Notes under the pieces: model-generated
Databases searched by the model: none
The model's input: the letters and a program-made list of their open reading frames with translations, nothing else
Told to the model about the DNA's origin: nothing
IMG/VR virus record: IMGVR_UViG_3300045049_000286
Location: 32,001 to 96,000 of that record
Length of the DNA: 64,000 bases
DNA from: a virus
Strand: one strand, 5' to 3'
Shown: positions 9,226-18,676 of the stretch, in pieces
Position numbering within the stretch: the stretch's first letter is position 1
Layout: each line of letters begins with the position of its first letter
Position numbers and translations under genes: made by a program

Positions 9226-9757
9226 AAGCCCGGTCCTGTTCGGTCGCGTGGTGCGTCTGGATAGGTGCGTCCTGCAGGTGCCTTGTGTCGTGCGCGGGAC
9301 GCTGCGTCTACACGCGAAGGTACCGCATTTTTGTGAGTGCGGAGTGCGGCGCGCTGGGGTCTGTGGAGGGCTCGCGGGGGGCGCGCGGAGGTGTCGTGGG
9401 CCGCTCAATACCATGCATATGCAGGGCGTTTGCCCTTGGGTGTGACGTGCGCTACGCAACAGTGCAGCTCAGGTGCAGTGTGCTGGCTGCCGGCCAGTGA
9501 ATGGGGGAATGCGAATGTGGGCGCGGTGCATGGGGGGCGCTAAGGATGCGTTAAGGCCCCCTTTGCAGAACTTCCACAAGCTGAGTACACGCTGCCGCTT
9601 ACCGTACGTCCGCACCCCTTGGACAACGAGTAACGAAGGCCGAGGTCACACTTTTTGATCGTGACATCCGACATAGGCCGGGGCTAGACGCCACGCCACA
9701 TTCAGGTGATCTGACGACGGCAATCATGCAGATCATCTGCAGATTCCGCATATGACA

Positions 9758-9797
9758 AACGGCCGGCTGGGGGTGCATTTCCCCCCGACCGGCCGTT
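9758..9797 (-). terminator. terminator at end of the long minus-strand gene run
   Basis: AACGGCCGG-x-GGGGG/CCCCC-x-CCGGCCGTT stem with T-run on minus strand. Confidence 0.6.
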
Positions 9798-9808
9798 GCG
9801 ATGGAGCG

Positions 9809-10159
9809 TCAGACCAGCTCGCGCAGGCGCGCAGCGCGCTCGTCCAGGTGCGCGAGGATGTGCCGGCCACGCTCAACCAGCTCCGGGTACGCCAGGCCGT
9901 CCTCCTCGCCGTCGAGCAGCTCGGACACGTCGCTGATGGTGATGCGCTCGTAGGTCAGCAGCGTGGCGCCCTCGATCGCGGCGGCGACGAAGGCGTCGGT
10001 GGTGACCCCCATGATCTCCCCCGTCTCCAGCACCGTGACCGCGAAGGCGTCGCCGTCACTCTGGACGTAGACGCACGCCTCGGCGTCCCCAGTGCTGTCG
10101 ATGACCTCGAACCCATTAGGGAGGCTGCCGTAGGCCCATACCGGCGTCGTGGCGGTCAT
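9809..10159 (-). CDS. hypothetical protein
   Basis: GGAG RBS, ATGA overlap. Confidence 0.65.
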   Translation of the reverse strand: MTATTPVWAYGSLPNGFEVIDSTGDAEACVYVQSDGDAFAVTVLETGEIMGVTTDAFVAAAIEGATLLTYERITISDVSELLDGEEDGLAYPELVERGRHILAHLDERAARLRELV

Positions 10160-10512
10160 TGCGGTGCTCCGTTCGTGGGAATGTCGGTCGGGATGGGTGG
10201 GTCCGTGTGGGGGTTCTGGGGGGCGCTCAGCATGCCGTCGGCGCAGCCGGCGAGCCAGCCGTCGTTGCGGTTGTAGTCCAGCGGCAGACCTTCGGTGTAC
10301 GCCTTCTGCTGGTCGTGCTCTATGCACAGGCGTACCGCGTCGTCCGTGTTCTTGGCGGTGGTGCCGCCGGCGACGATGTTCCAGCCGAACTGGTACCCGG
10401 GCGGGTAGTTGACGGTGCTGGCCACGCTGCCGGCGTTCGCGCCGGCGCAGGCGGTGAGGAACGCGAACGCCGCTGCGGCGGTGGCGGCGGCGAGTGCGGT
10501 GCGCGGTCTCAT
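10156..10512 (-). CDS. putative lipoprotein
   Basis: MRPR + hydrophobic stretch + FLTAC lipobox. Confidence 0.65.
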   Translation of the reverse strand: MRPRTALAAATAAAAFAFLTACAGANAGSVASTVNYPPGYQFGWNIVAGGTTAKNTDDAVRLCIEHDQQKAYTEGLPLDYNRNDGWLAGCADGMLSAPQNPHTDPPIPTDIPTNGAPQ

Positions 10513-10823
10513 TGTGGGTCTCCGAATCGCTCGGTCCAGCGCGCCAGCAGCTCCTCGGCCAGCGGCGTGACGGCCGTGATACGCCACGGGTAACTCACGT
10601 TGTAGAGGCGCTCGCCCGCATTTTCGGCCGTAATCCAGGTGACCGTGACCAGACCGTTGCCTTCCAGAACGCGGACCTGCTTGTTGTTCAACATGAGGTC
10701 GGCGCGCTCGATGGGCAGCTCGACGCTGCGGAGCTTGGCGATAAGAGCGGCCTGCTCCGGACTGAAAAACCGCGTCCCCTTCGGAGTGGGGTACGCGATG
10801 GTCTTGGTCTTGGGCTCGCTCAC
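10509..10823 (-). CDS. hypothetical protein
   Basis: ORF with overlap. Confidence 0.6.
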   Translation of the reverse strand: MSEPKTKTIAYPTPKGTRFFSPEQAALIAKLRSVELPIERADLMLNNKQVRVLEGNGLVTVTWITAENAGERLYNVSYPWRITAVTPLAEELLARWTERFGDPQ

Positions 10824-10894
10824 AGGACTTCCTCTGATCGGGGATGTACGGCGTGCGCACCACCGTAGTAGTGCGCCACCGGTACGTCTCCGAC

Positions 10895-11380
10895 TCAGTC
10901 GGTGTCGGGCAACGGGTGCGTGGCGTGGAGCAGGCGCTCCTCGCAGTCGGTGCAGACCTTCTTTTCGGTGGTGCCGCCGCCCGGCTCGTAGACGGTGATG
11001 GTCTGGGTGCCCGGGTCCTGTTCGCAGTCCTCGCAGATCGGCCCGTTGTCGACGTCATGCTTCTCGATGATGGGCGTGAGGTCGACGCTCTCGACGGCCT
11101 CCTTGATGTCGTCGACTTCCTCATCCGCAGGCGGCTGGTAGGCCGGGTCGCTTCGGTCCGGCCCGTGGAACTCGTTGCCGACGAGCGAGATCCCCCGGGG
11201 AAGGGCGGCGTCGATCGCGGCGCGGTAGTCCCGCTCGATCCTGTCCAGCGCGCCGGCTGTCTCCATGCGCTCCAGCCACTCAGTGCTGCCGCCGTTGACG
11301 GCCTGGGTGACGGCGTCGCTTGGAGTGAGACCGTATCCGGTGCGGTTGTACCAGGTGCCGTAGGAGGTTGTGACGGTCAC
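10895..11380 (-). CDS. hypothetical protein with C-terminal CxxC pair
   Basis: AAAGGAAG RBS; CEDC...CTDC. Confidence 0.7.
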   Translation of the reverse strand: MTVTTSYGTWYNRTGYGLTPSDAVTQAVNGGSTEWLERMETAGALDRIERDYRAAIDAALPRGISLVGNEFHGPDRSDPAYQPPADEEVDDIKEAVESVDLTPIIEKHDVDNGPICEDCEQDPGTQTITVYEPGGGTTEKKVCTDCEERLLHATHPLPDTD

Positions 11381-11392
11381 CAGGGCTTCCTT

Positions 11393-11680
11393 TCAGGTGG
11401 TGGGTGGTGGGGTCGGCACGTACAGGCGTCGCCCGCCGACGTCGATGTCGTTGGAGAAGCAGCGCTCCAGCAGGGCCACGCGCTGGTCGTAGTCCATGTT
11501 CGCGAGGTGGAATTCGAGGATCTCCATGGAGGTCTTGCCGGCCTCCTTCGCGGTGGCCCAGACCAGGCCGCCGGCGTCGCGGACGCGCTGCTCCAGCTCC
11601 CAGCTCAAGATGATCGCGCTGACGACCACCCCGGGCTGGCCTTCGTGCTCAACGAGCGTGTAGGTGGGCGTGTAGGGCAT
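11393..11680 (-). CDS. hypothetical protein (paralogue of 12317-12622)
   Basis: YTLVEHEGQPGVVV...VGGRRLYVP. Confidence 0.65.
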   Translation of the reverse strand: MPYTPTYTLVEHEGQPGVVVSAIILSWELEQRVRDAGGLVWATAKEAGKTSMEILEFHLANMDYDQRVALLERCFSNDIDVGGRRLYVPTPPPTT

Positions 11681-11697
11681 GTACGCCCCTCTCGCGG

Positions 11698-12030
11698 TCA
11701 GTCCAGGTACTTCCTGCCGTCGATCTCTCCGATGCCGATGCGGCCGTCGCGGTAGTCCTCGTGGAGCGGCAGCATGAGGACCTTGTTGTCGGCCGTCCGG
11801 CAGCCGACCAGCACCCGCTCCGGGCTTCCCTCGCGAGCGCGGTCCAGGGCCTTCATGTGCTGGGCGACGTGCAGGTCTCCCACGTTCCAGACCACGAAGA
11901 CGTCGCCGTGCCACGCGCCGAGTTCGTCGATCGCCTTCTCGTAGTCGGCGCGCACCCGTGTGGTGTTGAAACTGGAGTCGGCGGTGATCGTGTTGTCCTC
12001 GCCGATGACGGCCTTCATGACCACGTACAT
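11698..12030 (-). CDS. hypothetical protein
   Basis: ORF, TGATG overlap. Confidence 0.65.
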   Translation of the reverse strand: MYVVMKAVIGEDNTITADSSFNTTRVRADYEKAIDELGAWHGDVFVVWNVGDLHVAQHMKALDRAREGSPERVLVGCRTADNKVLMLPLHEDYRDGRIGIGEIDGRKYLD

Positions 12031-12320
12031 CAGGGGTTCATTCCCTTCTCCAGGCGACGGTAGAAGTCGCGCAGCTCTTCCTCGGCCGCGTTCTGCGCCC
12101 GCTGCGTGGCCGTGTGGCCGGCTCCGTCGGGGCTGCAGCGCACACCGTCCGGGGTGGTGCGGCTGCTGGGGAACAGGACGAACAGCCGGACGTCGGTGGG
12201 TTCGTCGAACGGCTCCCTCGGCTTGCCGATGCGGAACAGTTCAAGGTCACCGACGGTTCCGATCGTGACGCCGCTCTTGTTCACGGCCCAGGTGATCTTG
12301 GGTGCCGGGCGGGGGCTCAA
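12030..12320 (-). CDS. hypothetical protein
   Basis: AAGGAG RBS, TTG start. Confidence 0.55.
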   Translation of the reverse strand: MSPRPAPKITWAVNKSGVTIGTVGDLELFRIGKPREPFDEPTDVRLFVLFPSSRTTPDGVRCSPDGAGHTATQRAQNAAEEELRDFYRRLEKGMNP

Positions 12321-12622
12321 TCTACGCTCTCCTTCTTCTCTCGAAGCGGGATGTACATGCGGCGTCCATCGACGATGACCTTGCGGGTGAAGCCGGTCAT
12401 GTGGGCGCCGTTTTCGACGTCGGGGACGATACCGCCGGCCGAGGCGAAGCGGTCGTTGATCGCCTCGGCCGCCTCATCGGCCTCACTCCAGTCCTCGTAG
12501 ACGACGCCGCAGTGCTGGGTGATCTTGGCGCGCAGCACGGCCCCGGTGAAGGCGACCGCGACGACGCAGCCGGGGACGTTCTCGTGCTCGGCGAGGGTGT
12601 AGTACGAGGGCCTCTCGGCCAT
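12317..12622 (-). CDS. hypothetical protein (paralogue of 11393-11680)
   Basis: YTLAEHENVPGCVV...VDGRRMYIP; GGAGG RBS. Confidence 0.65.
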   Translation of the reverse strand: MAERPSYYTLAEHENVPGCVVAVAFTGAVLRAKITQHCGVVYEDWSEADEAAEAINDRFASAGGIVPDVENGAHMTGFTRKVIVDGRRMYIPLREKKESVD

Positions 12623-12659
12623 CGGCTGGCCTCCGTTTCTGTTGCGTCCTTGCGGTCCG

Positions 12660-13394
12660 CTAGAAGCGGATGTGCCGCTCGAACGCGGCCGGCACCAGGT
12701 AGGGCAGGCTCGCGTGGGCGGCGGCGCGGTGCTCGTCGCACAGGCCGCCCTCGGCGATGTCACCGCAGCGCTGGACGCCGTCGGCGTCGCCGGTGACCCA
12801 GGTGCAGTTCCCGTCCTCGGCCAGCGTCCAGATCTCCTCGAACCGAGCCTGGGTCAACGGCTTCTCGGTCCACCACTTCGGAGTGTGCTTCGTGCTGGCG
12901 AACTTCGGGTCGAACTCCTCCCCGTCCTCGGCCGTCAGTCCGTGCCAGCCGTACTCCATCGAGCCATCCGGGTAGACCAGGACGCGCCGCCGCTCCTCCT
13001 GGTCGTCCTTGCGCTCGTTCTCGATGTACACCTCGACGGGGTAGCCGAGCTGCGGGGTGTCGCGGACGAAGTGGCGCCAGACGCCGGGGAAGCCGCCTGC
13101 CTTCTCGATGCGCTTGCACTCCATGTACTCGTCGAACTGCGCGGCGGTGATGTCGCCCCAGTTCATCGTCTGGCCGATGGTGCGCCGGCACTCCTCCTCG
13201 GTGGCGACGCTGATGAGTTGGCCCTCAGCGTCCTTGTACATCAGCCCGTAGAGGTCCTCGATTGCTGCGACGCGGCGCTGCAGCTCGGGCCAGTTGTCCT
13301 CGGTGACGTGGCGCATCTGGACGTGCGCGGCGACGGCCGGGAAGACGATGGGGTACTCGCCGATGTTCGGCATGAGGTTGAAGGTCTCGGTCAT
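12660..13394 (-). CDS. hypothetical protein
   Basis: 244-aa ORF, GAGGAG RBS. Confidence 0.75.
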   Translation of the reverse strand: MTETFNLMPNIGEYPIVFPAVAAHVQMRHVTEDNWPELQRRVAAIEDLYGLMYKDAEGQLISVATEEECRRTIGQTMNWGDITAAQFDEYMECKRIEKAGGFPGVWRHFVRDTPQLGYPVEVYIENERKDDQEERRRVLVYPDGSMEYGWHGLTAEDGEEFDPKFASTKHTPKWWTEKPLTQARFEEIWTLAEDGNCTWVTGDADGVQRCGDIAEGGLCDEHRAAAHASLPYLVPAAFERHIRF

Positions 13395-13396
13395 GA

Positions 13397-13714
13397 TCAG
13401 TTCTCCTCGGGCAGTAGGCCGTGCTCGGTGAGGTACTGGCGGTCGGCGGTGTTCTGGTTGAGCTTGGTCTGGTAGGTGCTGGTCGCGCCGGTGGCGGCGT
13501 GCCGTTGGATGGCGGCTTGGACGAGATTGCCGAGGGCGTCCCAGGCGTCGTGCTCCATCTCGAAGGGGCGGCAGTCCATGGTGGAGATCCGGCGGAAGAG
13601 GTCGGCTGCGGTGACGAGGTCCTTCACTTCCGGCGAGGGGTCGGGCAGGAAGTGGTGGGCTACGCCCCAGGGCTTGTCGTGCAGCTCGCTGGACATCACG
13701 GTCTTGATCTTCAT
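13397..13714 (-). CDS. hypothetical protein
   Basis: ORF in packed operon. Confidence 0.65.
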   Translation of the reverse strand: MKIKTVMSSELHDKPWGVAHHFLPDPSPEVKDLVTAADLFRRISTMDCRPFEMEHDAWDALGNLVQAAIQRHAATGATSTYQTKLNQNTADRQYLTEHGLLPEEN

Positions 13715-13997
13715 CCCCAGATCACCCCGGCTTCGTGGCGGTTGAAGGAGTCCATGTAGAAGTGGTGGTGCTCGGAGGAGCCGGCGTCCTTGGCCTTCTT
13801 GGGTGGGCGTTCTGCCAGTCGTAGACGCCCTCGGCGATGCCGTTGCGCTTGTCGGCGAGCTGCCACGGGGAACGTGCGCCGCAGGTGCGGTAGATGCTCG
13901 ACATGTACGTGCCGGTCTTCTCGGGGAAGGCGATGGAGCCGCCCGTACCGGGCGGGGTCTCCAGGTTGGTTCCGTGCTCGTTGGGCATGCGCCTCAT
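13711..13997 (-). pseudogene. small gene with an apparent single-base frameshift near 13801
   Basis: After ...WQNAH the alternative frame (KKAKDAGSSEHHHFYMDSFNRHEAGVIWG) has typical codons and its TGA overlaps the next ATG. Confidence 0.45.
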
Positions 13998-14080
13998 CCT
14001 TGCATCACTGGCCGACAATGGCGGCTGACTTGCGCTTATCCGTTTTTTGTGCGGAATTCTCAGGGCCTATCCGGCCTCGG

Positions 14081-14425
14081 TCAGTAGTCCTGGACGTACA
14101 CCACGAAGGGGTGCCGGGCGTTGGGCCCCTCGGCGGGGCGCAGGCGGTAGATCTGGTCGGGCTTCTCGCTGGGCTGGGGCGCGCCATCGGCCGCGCCGCG
14201 TTTCCACACGAGCATGAGGGCGGCGCCGGTGGCGTCGGGCCAGGTCTCGCGGCGGCGGTGCTCATCGCGGGTGAGCTTGGGGACGCCCTGCTCGAACAGG
14301 ACGCCCTCCTTCTCTACCGCGCGCCGACGCAGGACGCGGTGGGCGACCTCGACGCTGGGGAACTCCTCGATCGGCCGCACGACCGGAACGTTGCCGGGGC
14401 GTGGGTGGAACTGGGCGTAGATCAC
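14081..14425 (-). CDS. hypothetical protein
   Basis: AGGAGG RBS, GTG start. Confidence 0.65.
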   Translation of the reverse strand: MIYAQFHPRPGNVPVVRPIEEFPSVEVAHRVLRRRAVEKEGVLFEQGVPKLTRDEHRRRETWPDATGAALMLVWKRGAADGAPQPSEKPDQIYRLRPAEGPNARHPFVVYVQDY

Positions 14426-14462
14426 GGCGCTGCCTCCTGTCGGGGTCCTGCGGTGGAAATGA

Positions 14463-14492
14463 CGAAAGCCCCCACCTGGGCGGGGGCTTTCG
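14463..14492. terminator. intrinsic terminator-like hairpin
   Basis: CGAAAGCCCCC/GGGGGCTTTCG. Confidence 0.65.
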
Positions 14493-14504
14493 CGGGCGCG
14501 GTGG

Positions 14505-14828
14505 CTATTGCTTGACCGGGGTGACCGGGACGTAGGTGCCGACGCTGCACGACGCGACACCGCTGGCGGAGATCACTGGGGAGGTGACGGTGTCGACGTA
14601 GTTGATGTTGACGTACGGCCCGCTGTTGTAGCTGCTGGACACGCACACGCCGAGCGCGGCCGGGGTGCTGTCCTTGGGCGCCGGCGCGGCGTCGCCCTGC
14701 GGACCTCGGGGGCCGGCGACTCCCCTTGCGCCCTGCACGCCACGGGGGCCGGCGTGGGTGAGAGAGACGGTGAGCGATGCGGCAGACAAGGCCACCGCGA
14801 CGGCGGCGAGGCTTATGAGGGCCTTCAT
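14505..14828 (-). CDS. exported protein with short collagen-like G-X-Y repeat
   Basis: Signal peptide then GPRGVQGARGVAGPRGPQG. Confidence 0.7.
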   Translation of the reverse strand: MKALISLAAVAVALSAASLTVSLTHAGPRGVQGARGVAGPRGPQGDAAPAPKDSTPAALGVCVSSSYNSGPYVNINYVDTVTSPVISASGVASCSVGTYVPVTPVKQ

Positions 14829-14915
14829 GAATGCTCCGTGGAGAGGCGGTGAGGTGAATGTGCGTGGATGTTATCGGGTGAGCGGGGAAATGCGCCGCCG
14901 TTCCTTGGCGATGGG

Positions 14916-15566
14916 TCAGGACTGCTGCGTGGCCGTGGTGAGGTCGATGTGCTCCATCCAGCGGCGGTGCCAGGTGGTGGACTCGCGGCTCATGATGTTC
15001 GCGGCCCACATGCGGACGACGTCGGCGGTGAAGGCGGCGCCGCCGGTGTCGGCGTCCTCGGAGTACTTCGCGGCGATGCTGGTGATGGACCAGGCGCGGG
15101 TGGTGGGCTCGTACTTGGCGACGCCCAGGGTCCTGCCGTTGACCTCGACGTTGAAAAGGCGCTCGTTGGTCCAGGGGTCCGGGTTGGGGCTGGGGACCAG
15201 GTCGATGCCGGCCAGGTGCTGGGAGGGGGTGGGCAAGATGGTGTCGCCGTACCAGTCGTGGCCCCGGATGTCGATGACGCACACCGCCTGGTCGGCGTGC
15301 TTGGGGTCGAACACGCCCGGGATGCCGCCCTTGGCGGCGAGGTGGCTCGGGTCGAGCGGGTCGGACATGTCGGGGCTGATGAAGCGGGACGCGACCTCGG
15401 CGACGGCGGCGGTCCAGGCGCGCAGCCAGGCGGTCTGGAAGTCCTCGCCGTCGGCGGTGACAGCGAACTCCAGCCGGTTGTTGTTGTGGGGGCGGGCGAA
15501 CACGAAGATCCACGAGGGGTGCGCGTCGACCTTGAAGTCGAGCTGCTCGGGCTGGGCGTTGCTCAT
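14916..15566 (-). CDS. hypothetical protein
   Basis: AAAGGAG RBS, 216 aa. Confidence 0.75.
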   Translation of the reverse strand: MSNAQPEQLDFKVDAHPSWIFVFARPHNNNRLEFAVTADGEDFQTAWLRAWTAAVAEVASRFISPDMSDPLDPSHLAAKGGIPGVFDPKHADQAVCVIDIRGHDWYGDTILPTPSQHLAGIDLVPSPNPDPWTNERLFNVEVNGRTLGVAKYEPTTRAWSITSIAAKYSEDADTGGAAFTADVVRMWAANIMSRESTTWHRRWMEHIDLTTATQQS

Positions 15567-15652
15567 GGTGCTCTCCTTTGAAAGGGGACTGGACGTACAC
15601 GGCCCCCCACCCCCGGGATGCTTGCGGGGATGGAGGGCCGTGAGCGTGCAGG

Positions 15653-15877
15653 TCAGCTCGGCGTCGGCTTGGCGGTGACGGGGGTGATGATGGGGCGGGT
15701 GAAGTCGAACTCCATGTCGTCCGTCTCCTGCGGGTGGATGAGGTTGTGGTAGACCTCGTGCGCCAAGCCGCGCGCGCCGCGCGGGATGTCGAAGGAGACC
15801 TCGACCTCGATGACCTGGGTGTCGTCGCCGCGCACGGGGAAGCCGACGTTGTAGGTGCCGGGCTCAAGCATCTGCAT
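15653..15877 (-). CDS. hypothetical protein
   Basis: GGGAG RBS. Confidence 0.6.
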   Translation of the reverse strand: MQMLEPGTYNVGFPVRGDDTQVIEVEVSFDIPRGARGLAHEVYHNLIHPQETDDMEFDFTRPIITPVTAKPTPS

Positions 15878-15957
15878 GGTGGTGCTCCCATTGGTGTGGT
15901 CTGGACGTACACGGGGCCCCACCCCGAGAAGGGATGGAGCCCCGGTGCGCGAGCAGA

Positions 15958-16356
15958 TCAGAGGTGGACCGTCTCACCGTTGATCATGGTGAGCCCCGCG
16001 CCGCCCTCGTACTGGAGGACCGCGATGTTGGCCGCGTTGCAGTAGTCGGTGTCCTCGGCGGGGAGGTCGTGGCCGAGGTGGAGGAAGCGGCCCTCCCAGG
16101 CCCGGACCTGCTGGGTGGCCTGCTCCCAGGTCTCAGCGGTGACGGTGAACGTCGCCACCATCTTGGCCTGGAATGTGTAGGTCTGCTGTGCCACGGTCTT
16201 CTTCTTCTCCTCGGGTGGTTGGTGCTTGATGGGCACCCAGTCACGGGGGTGCCAGGAGATGCAGTGGATGCCGCTCCAGTCGTCCTCGACGGTGAGGCCG
16301 TTGGTGAACAGCCGCGCGCCGCAGCGGGTGCAGTCTCCGAGCGGCTTCCAGGTCAT
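15958..16356 (-). CDS. hypothetical protein
   Basis: ATGA overlap; CTRC motif. Confidence 0.55.
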   Translation of the reverse strand: MTWKPLGDCTRCGARLFTNGLTVEDDWSGIHCISWHPRDWVPIKHQPPEEKKKTVAQQTYTFQAKMVATFTVTAETWEQATQQVRAWEGRFLHLGHDLPAEDTDYCNAANIAVLQYEGGAGLTMINGETVHL

Positions 16357-16718
16357 GATTCGGGCCGGATGCAGTAGGCCCAGTCCTTCGGGCTGCACTT
16401 GTCGCCGCGATCCAAAGCCCACGGCCGCAGTTCGCGACCGCAGCGCGGGCAGGTCTTCACGACGGTGGTGGTGCCGGTCAGGGCGTCGCTGGTGCGCTGG
16501 ACCATCGGCATGAGCGCGTCGATGTCGGCCATGGTCAGGTCGACCTCGTGACTGGCTTCAAGGCCGTCGCCGTCAGGCACGAAGTGCTGGACGACCAGGA
16601 GGTCGGCGGCGTCGAGCTGCATCAGGCTGAGCCGTCCCGTCGGGGTGCCGGTGAGGACGGCGTGGACGAGGACCTCGATGCGGCCGTTCTCGTCGCAGTG
16701 GTCGATGGTGCAGGCCAT
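16353..16718 (-). CDS. hypothetical protein
   Basis: AAGGAG RBS. Confidence 0.65.
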   Translation of the reverse strand: MACTIDHCDENGRIEVLVHAVLTGTPTGRLSLMQLDAADLLVVQHFVPDGDGLEASHEVDLTMADIDALMPMVQRTSDALTGTTTVVKTCPRCGRELRPWALDRGDKCSPKDWAYCIRPES

Positions 16719-16720
16719 GG

Positions 16721-17320
16721 TCAGCTCTCCTTGTCGATGCGGACGTACGGGTGGTGGGCGTTGGCGGTGTAGCGCAGGTGCACCCAGCGGTCGTCGAGGT
16801 CGGCCGGCGTCTCGGTGGTGAAGAACGACGTCTCCCAGTGCTGCCCGTCCTCGGCATGCCGGCTCTCGCGGATCGAGCCGGTGACCTTGTAGGCGTCGTT
16901 GTCGGTCGCGGCCTGGATCGCGAAGTGCCGGGAGACGCCGTCGGCGCGGGTCAAGGTGGCGTAGTAGGTCCGCAGCGGCATGGTGCCTTCGGCGTTGAGG
17001 ATGATCCGCTGGTCGACCCAGCCGCCGGTGTGGTGCCGCTGGTGCTGGAGTGGTGCGGTCACGCAGTCGCCGGTGAACACGAACTCGATCCGGAAGATCG
17101 GGTCGCCGCCGTCGTCGCCGAACACGCCGTCCGGGTGGAGGTTCTCGATGTCGAACTCGTCCCAGTCGCCGTCGTCGCGAAGTCCCTGCTTGGCGACCGG
17201 CAACAGGGACTTGGCGACCAGGCGGCACGCGTCCTCGTAGGTGGGGGCGGTGACGACGTAGACGTAAGAGCCGTCCCAGTAGGAGCTGTCCGGCTGGATG
17301 CACAGGGTGAAGGTGTTCAC
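16721..17320 (-). CDS. hypothetical protein
   Basis: AAGGAG RBS, GTG start. Confidence 0.7.
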   Translation of the reverse strand: MNTFTLCIQPDSSYWDGSYVYVVTAPTYEDACRLVAKSLLPVAKQGLRDDGDWDEFDIENLHPDGVFGDDGGDPIFRIEFVFTGDCVTAPLQHQRHHTGGWVDQRIILNAEGTMPLRTYYATLTRADGVSRHFAIQAATDNDAYKVTGSIRESRHAEDGQHWETSFFTTETPADLDDRWVHLRYTANAHHPYVRIDKES

Positions 17321-17322
17321 GG

Positions 17323-17712
17323 TCAGCTCTCCTTGGTGGTGTCTGTGGGCACCCAGCGCCCGTCCTTGTAGGTCGCTCCGGCCGCGAGCCGTCGGGCGAA
17401 CTCGACGCTTGCGGCGGGGTAGTCCTCGGGGTCGATCGGCGTGTAGTAGATGCCGTTGATCTCGTGCTCGGGGATCGAGGAGCACCCGCGCCCGGTGATC
17501 TCGCCGAACGCGTCGGATGCCCAGAAGTCGTAGCCGCCGGGGTTGTGGCCGTTGATCTTGCCTCGGGGCTCGCCGATCAGGCCCCACGAGGTCCAGCCCT
17601 TCGGCATGTAGTGCATCTTGACCCACATGCCGGTGGTGAGCTGCTCATGGGGAATGCGGTCGTCGGGCATGTCGTAGTTCGGCATGATGGGCGGAATCCT
17701 GCGCTGCGGCAT
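17323..17712 (-). CDS. hypothetical protein
   Basis: GAGGAG RBS. Confidence 0.7.
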   Translation of the reverse strand: MPQRRIPPIMPNYDMPDDRIPHEQLTTGMWVKMHYMPKGWTSWGLIGEPRGKINGHNPGGYDFWASDAFGEITGRGCSSIPEHEINGIYYTPIDPEDYPAASVEFARRLAAGATYKDGRWVPTDTTKES

Positions 17713-17725
17713 GGTGGGTTCTCCT

Positions 17726-18028
17726 CTACTCGACGCGGGTGCCGTCGCCGTACACGACCGGCATGGGCTCGCAGGTGGCGTTGTTCTTCGCGGCGAACTG
17801 GTTCAGAAGCCGCACGATCATCTGGTGCTGCTCGTCAGCTGGGTCGATCTCGGTGCTGCACTCCTTGCACGTCACCGAGAACTTCTCGTTGAACAGGCCG
17901 TCGAAGACCAGCTCGGGCGGGGGCGGCGTGTCCGTCTCGGACAGCGGCTCGTAGGTCTCGACGGTGAACATCGCGCCGACGTTGACGTCGAAGGCGGTGT
18001 TGGTGCACTCGGGGTTGGTGCAGCGCAT
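17726..18028 (-). CDS. Zn-ribbon hypothetical protein
   Basis: CTNPEC...CKEC; AAGGAG RBS. Confidence 0.7.
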   Translation of the reverse strand: MRCTNPECTNTAFDVNVGAMFTVETYEPLSETDTPPPPELVFDGLFNEKFSVTCKECSTEIDPADEQHQMIVRLLNQFAAKNNATCEPMPVVYGDGTRVE

Positions 18029-18030
18029 GG

Positions 18031-18570
18031 TCAGTTCTCCTTGTTCTCGATGGCGCCCAGGCAGTCGTCGTCGTGGTAGGTGTAGTCGTGGACGGACTCC
18101 ACCTGCGCTTGGTAGGCGTCGGCCACGGCGGGCGGCATGTCGGCGTCCCAGCCGGGGGCGAGCTGCTCAAGGAACCAGTCGCAGCCGCTGCCGGAGCGGC
18201 CGGGGTCGATGTCGTGCTGGTTGAAGCTGTCGACCTGCACGCCGTTGACGAAGAGCGTGCAGGTGGTGTCGCCGTCCGGGTCGCGGTTGACGATCAGGTC
18301 GTAGCGAGGGGGGTTCTTGGCGTCGAACACGTCGGTGTCGTTGATGCTGACGCGGAGGTTGACCAACTCGTGGTCGGGGTTCCCGAAGTGCAGTTCCTCG
18401 GGCCACGCCTCTTCCAGCTCGATGGTGACCTGGTAGCGCGGCTCGGGGTCATCGGTGACGTAGGCGAACACGCGGTCGCCGTTCGGCATCATCAGGCGGG
18501 GCAGGGGCGTTGCCGCGCTGCCCTTGAGCGCTCGGATCGTGCGGTTGAACTGACGGGCGTCGAAGCTCAC
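18031..18570 (-). CDS. hypothetical protein
   Basis: GGAGG RBS. Confidence 0.7.
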   Translation of the reverse strand: MSFDARQFNRTIRALKGSAATPLPRLMMPNGDRVFAYVTDDPEPRYQVTIELEEAWPEELHFGNPDHELVNLRVSINDTDVFDAKNPPRYDLIVNRDPDGDTTCTLFVNGVQVDSFNQHDIDPGRSGSGCDWFLEQLAPGWDADMPPAVADAYQAQVESVHDYTYHDDDCLGAIENKEN

Positions 18571-18676
18571 GGGAATGCCTCCAGTAAATGCGGATGGGCA
18601 GCCCCGACATTCTGGGACTGCCCTGCGTCGAAAATGCGTGACCGTGCGGCCGGCGGAACGGCCGGCGTGTCGGCGG

